Assembly (NCBI RefSeq): GCF_036365525.1
Contig: NC_090387.1
Span: 76,693,300 to 76,757,299 of the forward strand
Reading direction: 5' to 3'
Source of the DNA: Heterodontus francisci
Lineage: Eukaryota
DNA length: 64,000 nucleotides
Position 1 is the stretch's first letter. Every line of letters begins with the position of its first letter. Shown here in pieces: positions 49,080 through 62,720 of this stretch. Position numbers and translations under genes: made by a program. The notes under the pieces were generated by a model. That model did not search any database and was not told the DNA's origin. It was given only the letters and a program-made list of their open reading frames with translations.

Positions 49080-50530
49080 ATCAGGAATGAGCCTAAAGCC
49101 ACCATTTTCGGACCTGCAAAGTGCCCAGTCTACCTCAAATTACCCTGGAATGGTAAGGTATCTCAAAAATTTTGGCAACGGGTGAAGCTAGCCGTTTCAT
49201 GCTGCTACTATGTCTTTAGTTATGTTGTGAGATAGCAGCTTTGGAACTCAACGCGATTATCCAAATGTTCTCTCTTTCCTATTTTAGTGATTTCACAAAC
49301 CCATTTCAAACAGATCATCCATTTGCCTTCTCTAAAAGAGGGAAGAGGCAAATTGAAGATAATACCAAAATTTGAGTATTGCTGAAAAAAGGGACATACT
49401 GACGAAGCTTTTCGTCTCACACTCATCAGGACAGATGCAAGAATGCCAAATTGCAAAGGAAGCAACAATTTATACTGCATAACAAAATGGTACTGATTGG
49501 TTTGCAAGTCAACTCTGATTGGTCGAGGCATTGCCATGCAAAATGCACCAGGGAACTACTGTCCTCCACACTTTTGTTCAATTCAAAAAAGGCACAATGC
49601 CTGGACATGTAGCCTTTTCTTGCAGCGCACAGGTTCCTACCTATGAACAGATGTAGCTTCTAGCAAGTGAAAGTAAACTACATTTCGAGTCTGACTGACA
49701 ATTTTAAATTGGCTGTTAGTGCAATTCTTAGCATGCTCGGGATTGTTCAGTAAGTGCTGTCCAATCACAGAATCACATCCAACATTAGAATTGTATTCTG
49801 AGTTTTGCAAGTACAGGCTGCTTGATTACAGTCAGTACTCTGCCTATTGCGAGCAGCTGAAGGGATCTGCTGTTTGATACGATCCGCCAGTCATTGGGAC
49901 ATATGGCCTATGTACCTGGCATTGCACTGGTGCTGGAACTCATACACCACATTACTCATTTGTGTGGTAGCCAAAACCTCTTTTTAGCTTGAAGGCAACA
50001 TCCTGTTAGTGGAAAATGCCACTTGTGTTGTTATTGCATAGTAGCAACATGAAACGGCTAGCTTCACCTGTTGCCAAAATTTTTGAGATACCTTACCATT
50101 CCAGGGTAATTTAAGGTAGACTGGGCACTTTGCAGGTCCGAAAATGGTGGCTTTAGGCTCATTCCTGATGCATGGTACACAACGAGCAACGATTTGATCG
50201 AGGTAGCTGTTATTCTACAGGATAGTTTTGATGCACCCTACTTTGGAGTCAAGCTTGCACGGTGAGCAAATGGCTCAGGGTCTATTTATGAAATTGTCGA
50301 TAGGGTCAATCTAGTAGCACGTGGAGCTGTAGGAATCCCAACGCGTGTATTGACCAGTGAAGGTCGGCTTGTGGTAGATCGTAGTAGAGACCCTATTAGC
50401 AGATTTCTCCACCAGTACGTTCAGGAAAGGGAGCTCATTAGACTGCTTCATTTCAAAGGTGAATTTGAACGTGAGACGGAGTGCATTAAGGTGTTAAGGC
50501 AATTCTTACGTATAGCTACAGATTCAAATG
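49080..50530 (-). mobile_element. Decayed Penelope-like element of a second family (Poseidon-like)
   Basis: Minus strand reads FTFEM..NELPFL, YHKPTFTGQY..WDS, VYLKLPW.G, NVVYEFQ.QC.ARYIG; inverted 133-bp copy at 49080-49212 vs 50037-50169. Confidence 0.85.
49399..49434 (-). ncRNA. Minimal hammerhead ribozyme of the second Penelope family
   Basis: Reverse complement reads CUGUC-CUGAUGA-GU-GUGAG-AC-GAAA-AGCUUC-GUCAG. Confidence 0.7.
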
Positions 50531-51058
50531 TAGCAAACAAATCATTTGTGTAATGTTCCTTTTTTCAGTAATACTCTCGTTCTGTACTACCAGGTGATTA
50601 TTTCAATACCAAAATTGTTCTCACAGAGTTACCTCTGGGTGTATCAGTACAAACCATATTTATGGATAGGGTTGGATGTTTCTAATGGCTTTACGTGCCA
50701 GTAATGACCGTATATCAGGTAAAATTATAATCCTGGCCACGCTCGAAGTGACAGCTAAGGTGGATCCTGCATTATCCAAATACTACCCAATTTTCTGGAC
50801 CCTATTTGAACCAGCGATAAAGCCACACCACTTTAAAAAATCAAAGTACATCTATTCTTGCCTACATGGCTGAGAGTACATTTACTCACTTTACCCTAAT
50901 CATATTGAATTGAAATATTGGACAGATCGTCAGCTGTGAGTTCTCAAATTCACTGCTAGGTAGGAAATCCTTGTGGGGTGTGGGGGGAGGAGATTTTTAA
51001 AAATCGCTTACAATACTTGAAATTAATTTTGGACGATTTGAAATTAGAAAATCCCTCG

Positions 51059-51119
51059 ATGCCCTTTCCAACGCGGATATTTCTTATTATTCTTCTGACC
51101 ATTTATCACTGGAGAGATG
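51059..51119 (+). pseudogene. Leader (signal peptide) exon, possibly of IgSF pseudogene B
   Basis: MPFPTRIFLIILLTIYHWRD plus 1 nt, phase-1 donor GTAAGG. Confidence 0.5.
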
Positions 51120-51606
51120 GTAAGGAGGCAAAAACTGGACTTAGCAACGAAAAGGAAAAAAAAGCTTGGATTCGCATTCTTGATTCAGAAACTCAGCTAG
51201 AAGGGGCACCAGCGTGAATGGGTTTCAGTTATGTTGGCCCTCACAATCGCAAAGGCGACATCCCATATAGGCTGCTCGGGTGAGCTGGTAGAGGGAGACC
51301 GGCATCCGTGGCTTTCTAACCTAACAACTCTCCACCTTTGAAAGAGCAGTGGAGGGCACCGAGGTGACAAAAATCAGAATCAAATATCTGAAGACCACCA
51401 GCACCAACACGTTTAAATAGGTTAGTTTCTTTGGCGAGATGAAAAACCAGTGGCAGCAAACTTAATCGTCTCCTGGTTGGTAAGCCCATACTAAATACCC
51501 ACTGGAAAATGCAGTCTACAATTATATCTTTCTAAACAGTAGTTATAGTTCAAACTGAACTTGCGAGACTTTTAATTGTACTATCCATCATACAACTTTT
51601 AAATTA

Positions 51607-51942
51607 AATTAGATTAGATTAGAGATACAGCACTGAAACAGGCCCTTCGGCCCACCGAGTCTGTGCCGAACATCAACCACCCATTTATACTAATCCTACA
51701 CTAATCCCCACCTGTCCCTATATTTCCCTACCACCTACCTATACTAGTGACAATTTATAATGGCCAATTTACCTATCAACCTGCAAGTCTTTTGGCTTGT
51801 GGGAGGAAACCGGAGCACCCGGAGAAAACCCACGCAGACACAGGGAGAACTTGCAAACTCCACACAGGCAGTACCCGGAATCGAACCCGGGTCCCTGGAG
51901 CTGTGAGGCCGCGGTGCTAACCACTGCGCCACTGCGCCGCCC
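51607..51942 (-). mobile_element. V-SINE
   Basis: Reverse-complement family match. Confidence 0.9.
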
Positions 51943-53514
51943 AGGTCAGGTAATGAAGGAAATTGCAAATATATATCTGGGGTGGATTTTTTTCACTCTG
52001 TACACGCAGGTTTAATCCAAAGAAAGTAAACAAGTAGCGGAGGGGTGATGATTTTTTTAATATAGTTCATGTAATGAACAACTGATGAGGAGTGAACTTC
52101 TGCTATTGCCTCTGAACATTAACTGAATATCTCAAGGACATTAACGTGCGTACCCCGGTGATGCCTAAAATCTGCAGCATTTAAGCAATAATTGTGCATT
52201 CATGGAACATGATTATTGCCAGATATATATTTAAATGCTATTTCAGTTAAGTCTCATTCCAAGTTCATCTTCATGACAGCTCGTATCTCATCTTATGTTG
52301 TTTCTCTCACACTATCTTCTGCACCGCAACTATCTTACCTAGAATAGAGATGCCTCAATGAAAAGGACTAGCTTCAACTACTGCGTGCTAACCTTAATGT
52401 GATGTTAAAATTCATTAATTGTCGAAAAATAAAGCGGATGCTTTCATATTTATCCCAGCCTGACAAACCATTTGTAAAAATAGCGACACTATTCAAAAAC
52501 CTGACCTAACGTGCACCATATACTCATTGGACTAGCTTCGCGAGATCGATATTGAGATGTGTCTCAGGTCCTAATTTCATCTTTGGGCCTGGGAACTACG
52601 TTCGGATGGTTTTCTAAATTGCGTACATTCCGGTAAACGCACAAATTAGGAAATAACCAGATGGGAAAAAATGACAAATTTTAACAAAACATTTAAACAG
52701 CACGAATAACGTAAAAATAAAAAATAGGAACAGCTGGTGTGGCGATTCTGTGTTAAAATAATCAGTCTAGCTTAATCTTTCACTGCTAACATTAGGCCAA
52801 TGATTGCTGCTATCTTTTTTTCAGATATTGCAAAATAAACAAACGAGCTTGCACAATAATGTTTAAATTTATCTCATTCAACCTGCTAAAATGCCAGACC
52901 GAGTGTTTCGTAATGTTATTAAAACGGCTGTGCGGCTGCGATAGGCGAGTTACGGTCCTCTCAATTTAACCATATACTCAAGTTATTTATGCTCAGGAAG
53001 CTTCAGTTGCATGACTACATGTGTTAATACTAAGTCACTCAATAACATTCAATACCAAAATATGCCGTATATAATGCGATAAATAATCCCTATGTCAAAT
53101 GGTAATAATCACAATAAAAAAATAGGTGAACTGGGATTGGTCCGCGGTGCTCGCGCAAGCACATTGGCAAGAGGAAAGGCTCGCACGGACTGGACGCGAG
53201 ATTATGTAACCCACAGAACACCAAGGTGCTGCTTTCTGTATGCAGAATTGCAATCAGTACCACAGTGGAGTGGTTTATGTTGTATCCAACGAACATGAGT
53301 ACAAATTCCAGCATAGAAGATTGAGAATTTGGATTTAGTTTAAAAAGAAAATCCCATGAAATAAAGTGCATATAATTGCAAAAATAATATTCAGTTAAAT
53401 TTCTTTATAATACGACTGAACGTGTGCAAAGCTAGTATCAGTAAAAATTACCACGAAGTTATTGGACTGTATTAAAAATCAAACTTTTCACTAATAGATT
53501 AATAATGAACTTAC

Positions 53515-53660
53515 TTTTAGGGAAGTGAATCTGCCATCTGGCCTGTATGTGACTCCACTTCCATACCAATGTGGTTGAATACTGAATGGCCTAGCAATCC
53601 ACTCAATTATAACAAACCTTCAAGGCGAAGGGTCGCCACCATCACCTTCTTATGGCAAAG
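53515..53660 (+). mobile_element. Family B-related SINE fragment (5' body fused to the LINE 3' tail)
   Basis: Matches the reverse complement of ~28875-28990, then the tail seen at 56550-56590. Confidence 0.5.
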
Positions 53661-54569
53661 GAATGAGCCCAAAACTACTTGCAAAATAGAGGTGAAAACC
53701 TGTTCTGTGCAAGCGACTAATCACCCATTCTGAGCTCCATTGTGCTACCTCTGCAATTACTCTCTCTCAGATCTCCTAATTCAGAAGACACCAAGGACGA
53801 GGGCTTGTACAAAATAAGTGAACAAAACATCATAAGTAACCAATCTGCAACAATACAGATATGTAGAGGATGGGTTTAATGGCAGCATTTATGTACACAG
53901 AACATACTTATGTAAATCAAACTGACGGGGATATTTGAGCGGAGGATCGTGTTCGTGGGATACTCAAAGGCTATGGTAGATACTGCAATCATTTACCAGA
54001 AGCCAACAGATCAGCGTCTGTGAATTCAGGTAGATCTGGGCGCTATGATCAGGCAATCGGATGCGAGGTTTCTCCTCAACGCCGAAAAAAACGTTTATGA
54101 GAAAAAAAAAACATGTGGTAATAGAGATGACGTAGGTCAGTCCGACAGTTCACCATCACAGCTGAAGTCCAGCATGTTGTTACATTTACACAGCCATAGG
54201 TTAGACAAACAAACTCCTTTTTATAGTAGAATTTGAATCGCTGGATTTTAACACATGCACTAAAGCTCATTGAAATGTTCGACCCAATCGGTTAGCATAA
54301 TGATGCACCGGCGTGCAATACACACTCAGGAAGCTTTTCTTTTTACACTATGATCAGAGTATGCTGCAGGCAAATGCAGAACCACATCCATCAGGAAAAT
54401 CAACAGTGCTTTATTGTCACAGGAACAGAAAGGGGCACTCACAGCCTGGAGTTTCCTCTGCATTTGCGCCCAGACAGAAGTGTAATCTGGAACATTGGAA
54501 CAAAATTACGCCATTTTGGCTCTCGAACCTGTTTCGCTTTTCGTTGAGATCATTGCTGCTCTGCGATCC

Positions 54570-55800
54570 AACTCCATGCACTCGTATGCCCAATATACCT
54601 TAATACCTTTGGTTACCAAAAAGCTGCCAATCTTAGATTTAAACTTAACAATTGATCTACAATCAAACGACATTTGCACGAGAGTACCAAGCTTCTACTA
54701 CGGGTTAGTCCTAAGTTTTAGTCTCTTCCCCCAAGTCCTAGAATCCCCAGCCGGCAGAAATAATATCTCTCGATCGACCCTATCTGGTCCCCTTAATATC
54801 TTGAAACTTCGATCAAATCACACCTTAACCATTTACGTTCCAGGGAATACAATCCAATTTTGTGTAGTCTCTTTTAGTAATTTAACCCTTGGAGTCTAGG
54901 TATCATTCTAATAAATTTGCACTGCACTCCCTCTAAGGTCAATATATACTGCCTAAGTACTTATAGTATTGCAGGTTTAGTCCAACTAGGGACTTGCATA
55001 GCTGTAGCATGACTTTACCACCACGCACACCCTCCACACCCCCCCCCCCACCCTACCCCGCGCCACCCCTTTATTCTATTCCTCTAGATATAAAGGCCAC
55101 CATTCCATTATCCTTTTTGAATGTTTTCTGTACTTGTTCATGACACTTTAATGATCAACGTACCTGGAACCCCCAAGTCCCTTTGGATCTCCATTGTTTC
55201 TAGCTTTTCACCATTTAGAAAGTACTCTGTTCTATCCTTTTTAGGTCCAAAGTGGATGACCTCACACTTGCCTGCATTGACATCCATTTAGCACAGTTCT
55301 GTCCATTCACTTAATCTATTAATATCTCTTCGTAATTTTATGCTTCCATCTACACTGCTTACAAATCTTTGTGTCATCGGCAAATTTGGATCTTTGCATT
55401 CTATCTCATCATCTAGGTTTTTCATAAATAAAGTGAATAATTAAGGCTCCAATACAGATCCTTGTGGGACACCTTTTGTCATAACCTGCCAATCAGGGTA
55501 CCTGCCCATGATCCCTATTCACTGTGCTCTGACCTCCAGCCAAATTCCTAAGCAGGTCAATAATTTGCCTTCAATTCCATCAGCTTCAACTTAAGGTAAC
55601 AGTCTCTTCTGAAAGACTTTATGAAATGCCTTCCGGAATTCCATATAAATAACAAACATAGACATCCCCCTGTGCACTACTTTAGTCACCTCTTCAAAAA
55701 TGCTACTATGTTCGTCAGGTATGACTTCCCGCTTATAAATCCATGCATCTCTGTTAGATCAGCTGAAAATGTTCAAGTGTTCAGTCACTCTATCCTCCAC
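54570..55800 (-). mobile_element. Old CR1 fragment
   Basis: Antisense RT motifs (TCATCGGCAAATTT, GATCCTTGTGGGACACC). Confidence 0.75.
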
Positions 55801-56630
55801 TAGTTGGAGTCAAAGGAAGATGGTTGTGGTTGTTGGAAATCAATCATATCAGTCCCAGGAAATTACTGCAGGAATTCCTCAGTGTAGTGGTCTAGGCCCA
55901 ACCATCTTCAGCTGCTTCATTAATGACCTTCCCTCCTTCAAAACGTCATAAGTGGAGATGTTTTCTGATGATTACACAATGTTCAGCACCATTTGCAACT
56001 CCTCAGATACTGAAGCCGTCCATCTCAATATGCAGCAAGACCTGGACAACATTCAGGCTTGGGCTGATAAGTGGCAAGTTACATTTGCACCACACAAGTG
56101 CCAGGAAATGACCATCTCCAACAAGAGAGAATCCAATCATCTTCCCTTGACATTCAAAGGCAACACCATCGCTGATTCCCCCATTATCAATATTCTGGGA
56201 GTTACCACTGATCAGAAACTTAACTGGCCCAGCCATATAAATGCTTTGGCTGCAAGAGCAGTCAGGGTACTCTCCAATTGCCTGGATGAGATCAGTTTCA
56301 ACAACATTCAAGAATCTCGACACCATCCAGGACAAAGCAACCTGCTTGATTGGCATTCCCTCCACCAGCTTAAACTTTGACTGCCTCCACCACCAACACA
56401 CAGTGGCAGCAGTGTATACCATCTACAAGTGGCACTGTAGCAACTCACCAAGCCTCCTTTGACAGCATCTTCCAAAGCCGTGACCTCGACAACCCGGAGT
56501 GACAAAGGCAGAAGATGCTTGGGAACACAACCACCATGGACTGTAGCGGTTCAAGAAGGTGACTCATCACCACTTTTTGAAAGGCAATAATTGCTCGCCT
56601 AACCAATGACATCCACATCCATGAAAGGAA
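55800..56630 (+). mobile_element. Family B LINE 3' fragment
   Basis: GIPQ.S.LGPTIFSCFINDL, FSDD, WQVTFAPHKC, 3' tail. Confidence 0.85.
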
Positions 56631-57416
56631 AAAAAAGTTAGAGACCCTAGTCATTTCCCGACAGCAGATATTTGGATAATTATTGTATAATTCCCCGGCT
56701 TCCCTCTCTCACCTTTCATTAATGGTTCTGTAGCACATTAAAAGTTTTATTTTCCAAAATGTCCACTGATCTTCTGTCTTTTTACCCATTAACAGTTTTG
56801 CCCAGATTACTTTGGAAAATGGCGATCTGGTAGTTTTACCGTCACCATTACTGAAACTAGTTTTTCATTGCAGATGTATAAACCAAATTTGAAATCTGCA
56901 GCTGCCGCACAGGATTTACCACATGTGTCTGGATCATTATTAGGCCAGGCCTCTTCATTACGAATCCAGTAACATAACCACTGTGCTATCGTTACCTTTG
57001 CACCTAAACGAATTACGTGTTTTAAAAAATCATGGCTCTTTGGAGCAAGTGAGTTAAACGTAGAACGACAAGACAGTCGAGTGTGGTAGATATTTTAATT
57101 GTGTGTGTTAAGCCCTGAATCTGAACTACTCTCTGCCCACAATATTTGTCTCCTCTCATATAGGAGTATCTTTCAAAATGCATTTAGGATCTCTGCAGCA
57201 GTTCCGAATATTGTAGATTTTTACCGTATAATTAGAATGTCACTAATACACAATTACCAGAAATAATCTAATTCCATTCGGCCAGATTTGCTCACGAAAT
57301 TAAGTATTGTTGAAATCCAATTGATTCTAGCATTGGCTTAAGAAAAATATTGTATGTCAATATTAAATGCCATTAACTGACTGAACCAGAATTGATTTTC
57401 GTTTCTGTAAAACAAG

Positions 57417-57760
57417 CTGAGGCATGAGAATCGCGGGACGGGGGGATAGTGCTAAGACAGGATACAACAGTAATAACACTGAGGTGCTACTAAGGCAGTC
57501 GAAACTATGAGGCGTGCACTTGGTCTACGCACTTACAGTACAATAAACAAAGCCTGTAGGACAGAGTCTGAGGCTTAAAAGCTTAGAAGTGGGGTAAGCA
57601 CCTCAATACGAGGCCTCAGCAAAAGTGTGCCTACTTGTACTGCAGCTCAAGGTAGCCGAATAGTATAAGAACGAGACCAGTTTCCACTAAAATTTAGAGA
57701 GCTCTTGTGGACAGTCGGACGTCCTACTACTGTAACCGTGACCCAAAAAGGTTACAGGTT
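57417..57760 (+). pseudogene. Possible heavily decayed Ig V-set exon
   Basis: Fragments VLRQ..VITL, KPVGQSLRL, APQYE, SFH.NLESS.GQSDV/YYC; several stops and shifts are required. Confidence 0.3.
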
Positions 57761-57961
57761 CCATCAGCCTGAACGAGACAGTTGTATTAACTGTTCACCA
57801 TTTAACATAATACTGTGGAACAGCTGTATGATAACAATACTCTTATTAGTCAATGGATATTCAAGCTTGTTTAAAACTACAAGGGCCTATGGTTACTGTT
57901 GCGACTGTAATCACGGGAAATCCGCTAACAAACATTTAAACACGTGACACGCTAGATCATC

Positions 57962-58065
57962 GTTCTGATGAAAGGTCACACACCTGGAATGTTAACTCCG
58001 CTTCTCTCTCAACAGATATTCGTTGACCTTCTGAGTATTTCCAGCACTTTCTGCTTTTATTTCAC
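57962..58065 (+). mobile_element. Decayed Penelope pLTR with a broken hammerhead
   Basis: GTTCTGATGAAAGGTCACACACCTGGAATGTTAACTC followed by a pLTR-like tail. Confidence 0.7.
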
Positions 58066-58659
58066 CCTAGATCATGTGCCTTACAAACCCTTGGTGCTTG
58101 GTGATTCCTGGCAGCTTATGGCCGTTTTAATGCGCGCATTTGTGCATATCTTTGCTGGGAATCGTTTGCAGAGTTGTGTTTGTTCATTTCACAACTCCAT
58201 AATCGTCGATCAAAGTTCTGGTGCTAACAGAATTCCTCACAAGTCATGCATATTCTTTCCGTCTTTTATGACATTATTCGTTTGATTCGTTTTCGTGTTC
58301 TTTTAATATGGTTTTGTTTTGACTGATATTTGGATATATTTGCACACCATTTTCCATTTAAGTAAATGAAAAGGAAAATCAAGCTGAGTGCATAACAAGC
58401 TGTCGTTTCATCTGTCGCCCATTTTCCCGCGACTGCACCAGATGAATTTGTACACCTTGAGTTTTGACTCCAATTTAACACAGGGTCTGGTAGAAATTAC
58501 GACAGTTCTGGGATGACGTGACATTGGAAATGTCAACGAGTTTGGGAGCATTGAAAAAAGGTCTCAAGATCGCATGGTGTGGTCAGAAATTCTGAGAAGG
58601 GGAACCGTAAGGTCCAACAGGGCGGAAGCAGAGGTTTAGGAGCACTGGCATAAACACGC

Positions 58660-59710
58660 CCATAAGAACATAACAAATGAGAGCAGCAGTAGGCCATTCA
58701 GCCCCTCCAGCCTTCTTTGTCATTCAATAAGACTATGGCTAATCTGATTTTGGCCTCAGCGCTACTTTCCTGTCTGTTCCCATAACCCTTCAGTCCCTTG
58801 TAGTTCAAGAATTTGTCTATCTCAGCCTTGAATATATTCAGTGGCTCAGCCTCCACAGCTCTCTGGGTAGACAATTCCAAAGATTCATTATCCTCTGAGA
58901 GAAGAAATTCTTCCTCATCTCTGTCTTAAATAGGAGACCCCTTATTCTGAAACTATGCCCCCTAGTCCCAGATTCACCCATGAAGGAGTTTGGAGTTTGC
59001 AAGTTCTCCCTGTGTCAGCGTGGGTTTTCTCCGGGTGCTCCGGTTTCCTCCCACATGCCAAAGACTTGCAGGTTGATGGGTAAATTGGCCATTAAAAATT
59101 GCCCCAAGAAGAGGTAGGTGGTAGGTGGGGATGTGGTAGGAATATGGAATTAGTGTAGGATTAGTATAAATGGGTGGTTGATGGTAGGCACTGACTCGGT
59201 GGGCCAAAGGACCTGTTTCAGTGCTGTATCTCTAAATAAAAACTAAAAACAGGGATACATCATCTCAGCATCTACCCTGTAAAGTCCGGTCAGAATCTTA
59301 TATGTTTCACTAAGATCACCTCTCATTCTTCAAAATTCCAATGAGTATAGGCCCAACGTGTTCAACCTTTCCTAATGAAGCAGCTCATTCATAGAACATA
59401 GAACATAGAAAAATACAGCACAGAACAGGCCCTTCGGCCCACGATGTTGTGCCGATCCTTTGTCCTCTGTCAAGGACAATTTAATCTATACCCCATCATT
59501 CTCCTTTATCCATATACCTATCTAAAAGCCGTTTGAAAGTCCCTATCATCTCAGGAATCAACTTAGACTTTCTTCTTTGAACTGCCTCTAATGCAAATAT
59601 ATCCCTCCTTACATAAGGAGACTAAAACTGTATGCACTACTCTAGGGGTGGTCTCACCAAAGTCCTGTGCAATGGTAGCAAGACTTCCCTACTTTTATAC
59701 GTCATCCCCG
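58660..59710 (-). mobile_element. CR1 3' fragments with a nested V-SINE and a second CR1 tail (59390-59545)
   Basis: Antisense 3'UTR; (CATAGAA)n. Confidence 0.8.
58991..59250 (+). mobile_element. 5'-truncated V-SINE
   Basis: Family match. Confidence 0.88.
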
Positions 59711-59860
59711 CATTGGGAAGGCGACAAAACCAGATTCAATTCAAAATCATGCAGGTTACCGCACTGTGTCAGAACTGCGATTGATAAAACATGGTTTACT
59801 CAGTTTCTATATTTACTACTTTAAATTATACATTTTGGTGTCTAGCTATGTCTTGATTTT

Positions 59861-60195
59861 TTTTATTTATTTAGAGACACAGCAGTGAAACAGGCCCTCC
59901 GGCCCACCGAGTCTGTGCCGACCATCAACCACCCATTTATACTAATTCTATATTCCTACCACATGCCCACCTGTCCCTATATTTTCCTACCACCTACCTA
60001 TACTAGGGGAAATTTATAATGGCCAATTTACCTGTCAAACTGCAAGTCTTTGGCATGTGGGAGGAAACCGGAGCACCCGGTGGAAACCCACGCAGACACA
60101 GGGAGAACTTGCAAACTCCACACAGGCAGTACCCGGAATTGAACTCCGGTCGCTGGAGCTGTGAGGCTGCGGTGCTAACCACTGCGCCACTGTGT
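59861..60195 (-). mobile_element. V-SINE
   Basis: Reverse-complement family match. Confidence 0.9.
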
Positions 60196-61028
60196 CTTAC
60201 TTCTAAAGGAATGTCTTGTTGCTTAAAGTTGAACACATTAGTTTGACGATGTGCCCTTTGGAAAAAAAATTGAGAGAATAGAATGACTTTTCGGCATATT
60301 CTCAGTTCCAAGATGCTGCAGTTGGGCAATTGTTAACCCACGCTATGGCGTCCTGGCAAAATAACTGTGCAAGTCTGTTCCATTGGAAAATTCCTTCTGG
60401 TTATGAAACCTGCCTTCCTGCTATAGCCTCAAGTTAGAAGCCTTGGAAGTGCAGTCTGTTACAACCTATTTCCTGAATCCGCAGCCATATGCTTAACGTC
60501 GCTCAGACATAATTTGTATTACAGAATCTGCAACCACCTTCACTTTACCAAATTCATACCGAATATGGCGAGCAATTACCTTACCCCTTTGCTCAGAACG
60601 TCGTTGATTTTTGTATTTCTTCTGGAGATAATTTACTCATGTACATATTATTCTACAACCCATTTGCCTCCATATACTAAATGCACGAAATAATTTCCAC
60701 TGAAATACAATGAGATTTAGTTAATCTGTCTCATTTTTTCTTTCTCTGTTTCATCTCCAAGCTGTGGCTAATGCAATTTACCAAATTTTGAAAGTATTTT
60801 AAAGTAAACACTGTGCTGTGTTTAAGTGGAAACTACAACTGAAGATGTATAATTCAAAGCCTAACACCGAATCAGAACAGAAAATAGAACACAGTTGAAA
60901 CGAATATAATCTGATGTTGATGATATACAGATGGATTTGCGGCGATGATGTGCGGAAACATTACAAATCAGAACAATGTGTGCCAGTTGTGCTCATTTTC
61001 TTCATTTTCCCAATTCTCTATTCTGCAG

Positions 61029-61359
61029 CTGACTCTCTCCACTCAAGATTGTCTCCAAGCCACCCAAGGTCAATTTATCTGCATCTGCGACACTTGTATA
61101 TGAAGTTACCCGAGCGGTTTCGCCCTCACTTGGTATAAAAATTACATCGCAATGGAAACTTGGGGGAGGGGGTGGGGGGGGGGGGGGGGGGGGTGGCGGT
61201 GTGGGGTGGAGAAATATAACCAGGAGCCGGCTGAGGGGCTGCCTGAAGTTTCTAGCTCATTGGAAGAAACGCAGTCTTTCCCTAGAGGGGCTGTTTACAT
61301 ATATTTGGTAGCTCGTGTTACCGTCATTGTCACCCATTCTGCTACCAATTCCAACGCAG
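61029..61359 (+). pseudogene. Ig C1-set exon of IgSF pseudogene B
   Basis: Strong acceptor TTCTCTATTCTGCAG|; with shifts reads PLKIVSKPPKVNLSASATLVYE/YPSGFALTWYKN...EGLPEVSSSLEETQSFPRGAVYIYLVAR; collinear with the 9983/19036 exon, both Cys now Tyr. Confidence 0.75.
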
Positions 61360-61659
61360 TGCGTGGTCAACAGGCTAATATTTATGTAATCAGCTACCGT
61401 AAAATTTTGAAAGTGTCGCTTTAAGAAAACTCCTGTGAAATACCAACATAATCAAAAATTCATGCTTTAATGTAGACCATAATTGACACGAACAATTTGC
61501 GTAACCCGGAATTATTACTCTCCGCTCAAACACAACGTTTGAAATTCTTGGCTTGTCTCTCTCAAATCTATATTTTATCTTCGTATCCTTGTTTCCCGCT
61601 GAGCTCAATCGGCATTTGACTCCAGGAATAACTGGTACCCTTGAACTCGTCTCAAGATA

Positions 61660-62720
61660 TGAGTTTACAGTTTAAGAGGAAGAGCACTTAAGGAGGAGAA
61701 ATATGAAATATTAGATGGGATAAACATAGTGACGGAAGAAATATTAGGATGCTTAGCATCCTTGAAAGGCGATAAATCACCAGGCCTGGACGAAATGTAT
61801 CCCAGGCCGCTAAGAGAAGCAAGGGAAGAAATAGTGGACGCTTTGACCATCATTTTCCAAATATCTCTGGCTATTGGCATAGTGCCAGAGGACCGGAGGA
61901 CGGCTTACATTGTGCCGTTATTGAAAAAGGGAAGCAGGGATAGTCCCAATAATTACAGGTCGGTCAGTGTTGGGAACATTTTTGGAAAAATAATCTGAGA
62001 GACAGTATAAATCGACATTTAGAAAGCAGGGGTCAGTCAAAGACCGTCAGCATTAATTTGATAAGGGAAGGTCATGGCTGACTAACTTGAATTCATTTAG
62101 GAGGACTTAACAAAGAGGGTCGATGAGGTAACGCGTTTGATGCAGCCTACTTTTGACAAGTCATATGGCAGACTGACCAGAACAATAAAAGTTCATTGGA
62201 TCCAAGGGAAAGTGGTAAAAATATGGATCCAAATTGGTTCAGTGGCAGGAAACAAAAGAAAATGGTCGACAGAAGTTTTTGTGACTGGAAGGTTATTTCC
62301 AGTACGGTTAAGCAGGGCTCAGTACTGGGCCAATTCCGTTTTTAAATATAGATCAGTGATTTAGACTCAAATGTAGGGAACATGAGTAAAAAAGCTTGCA
62401 GATGATACAAAAAGTGGCCGTCTGGTTGATAGTGAGCAAGGAAATTGTAAACTGCAGGAAGATATCAATGGACTGGCTAGGTTGGTAGAAATATGGCAAA
62501 TGGAATTCAATCCAGAGAGTGTAAGGTACTGCATTTGGGGAAGGCAAACAAGGCAGGGGCGTACCGACAAATGGTAGAATTCTGAGAAATATAGAGGAAC
62601 GAAGGGGCCTTGGAGTGCATGAAAATAGCAAGACTGGTAGATAAGCTGGTTAAAGAAGGCATGCAGAATACTTTCCTTTATTGGCTGAGGCATAGAATAT
62701 AGGAGTCGGGAGGTTAAGCT
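61660..62720 (+). mobile_element. Old CR1 RT fragment
   Basis: KSPGLDEMYPR, NYRSVS, LADD. Confidence 0.85.

Noticed and set aside
53126-54603. Possible cytoplasmic-tail exons with Tyr motifs (FLYAEL, VLYC, QNYAIL)
   Set aside because: Non-canonical ITIMs, weak splice signals, and out of order relative to the C1 exon at 61 kb
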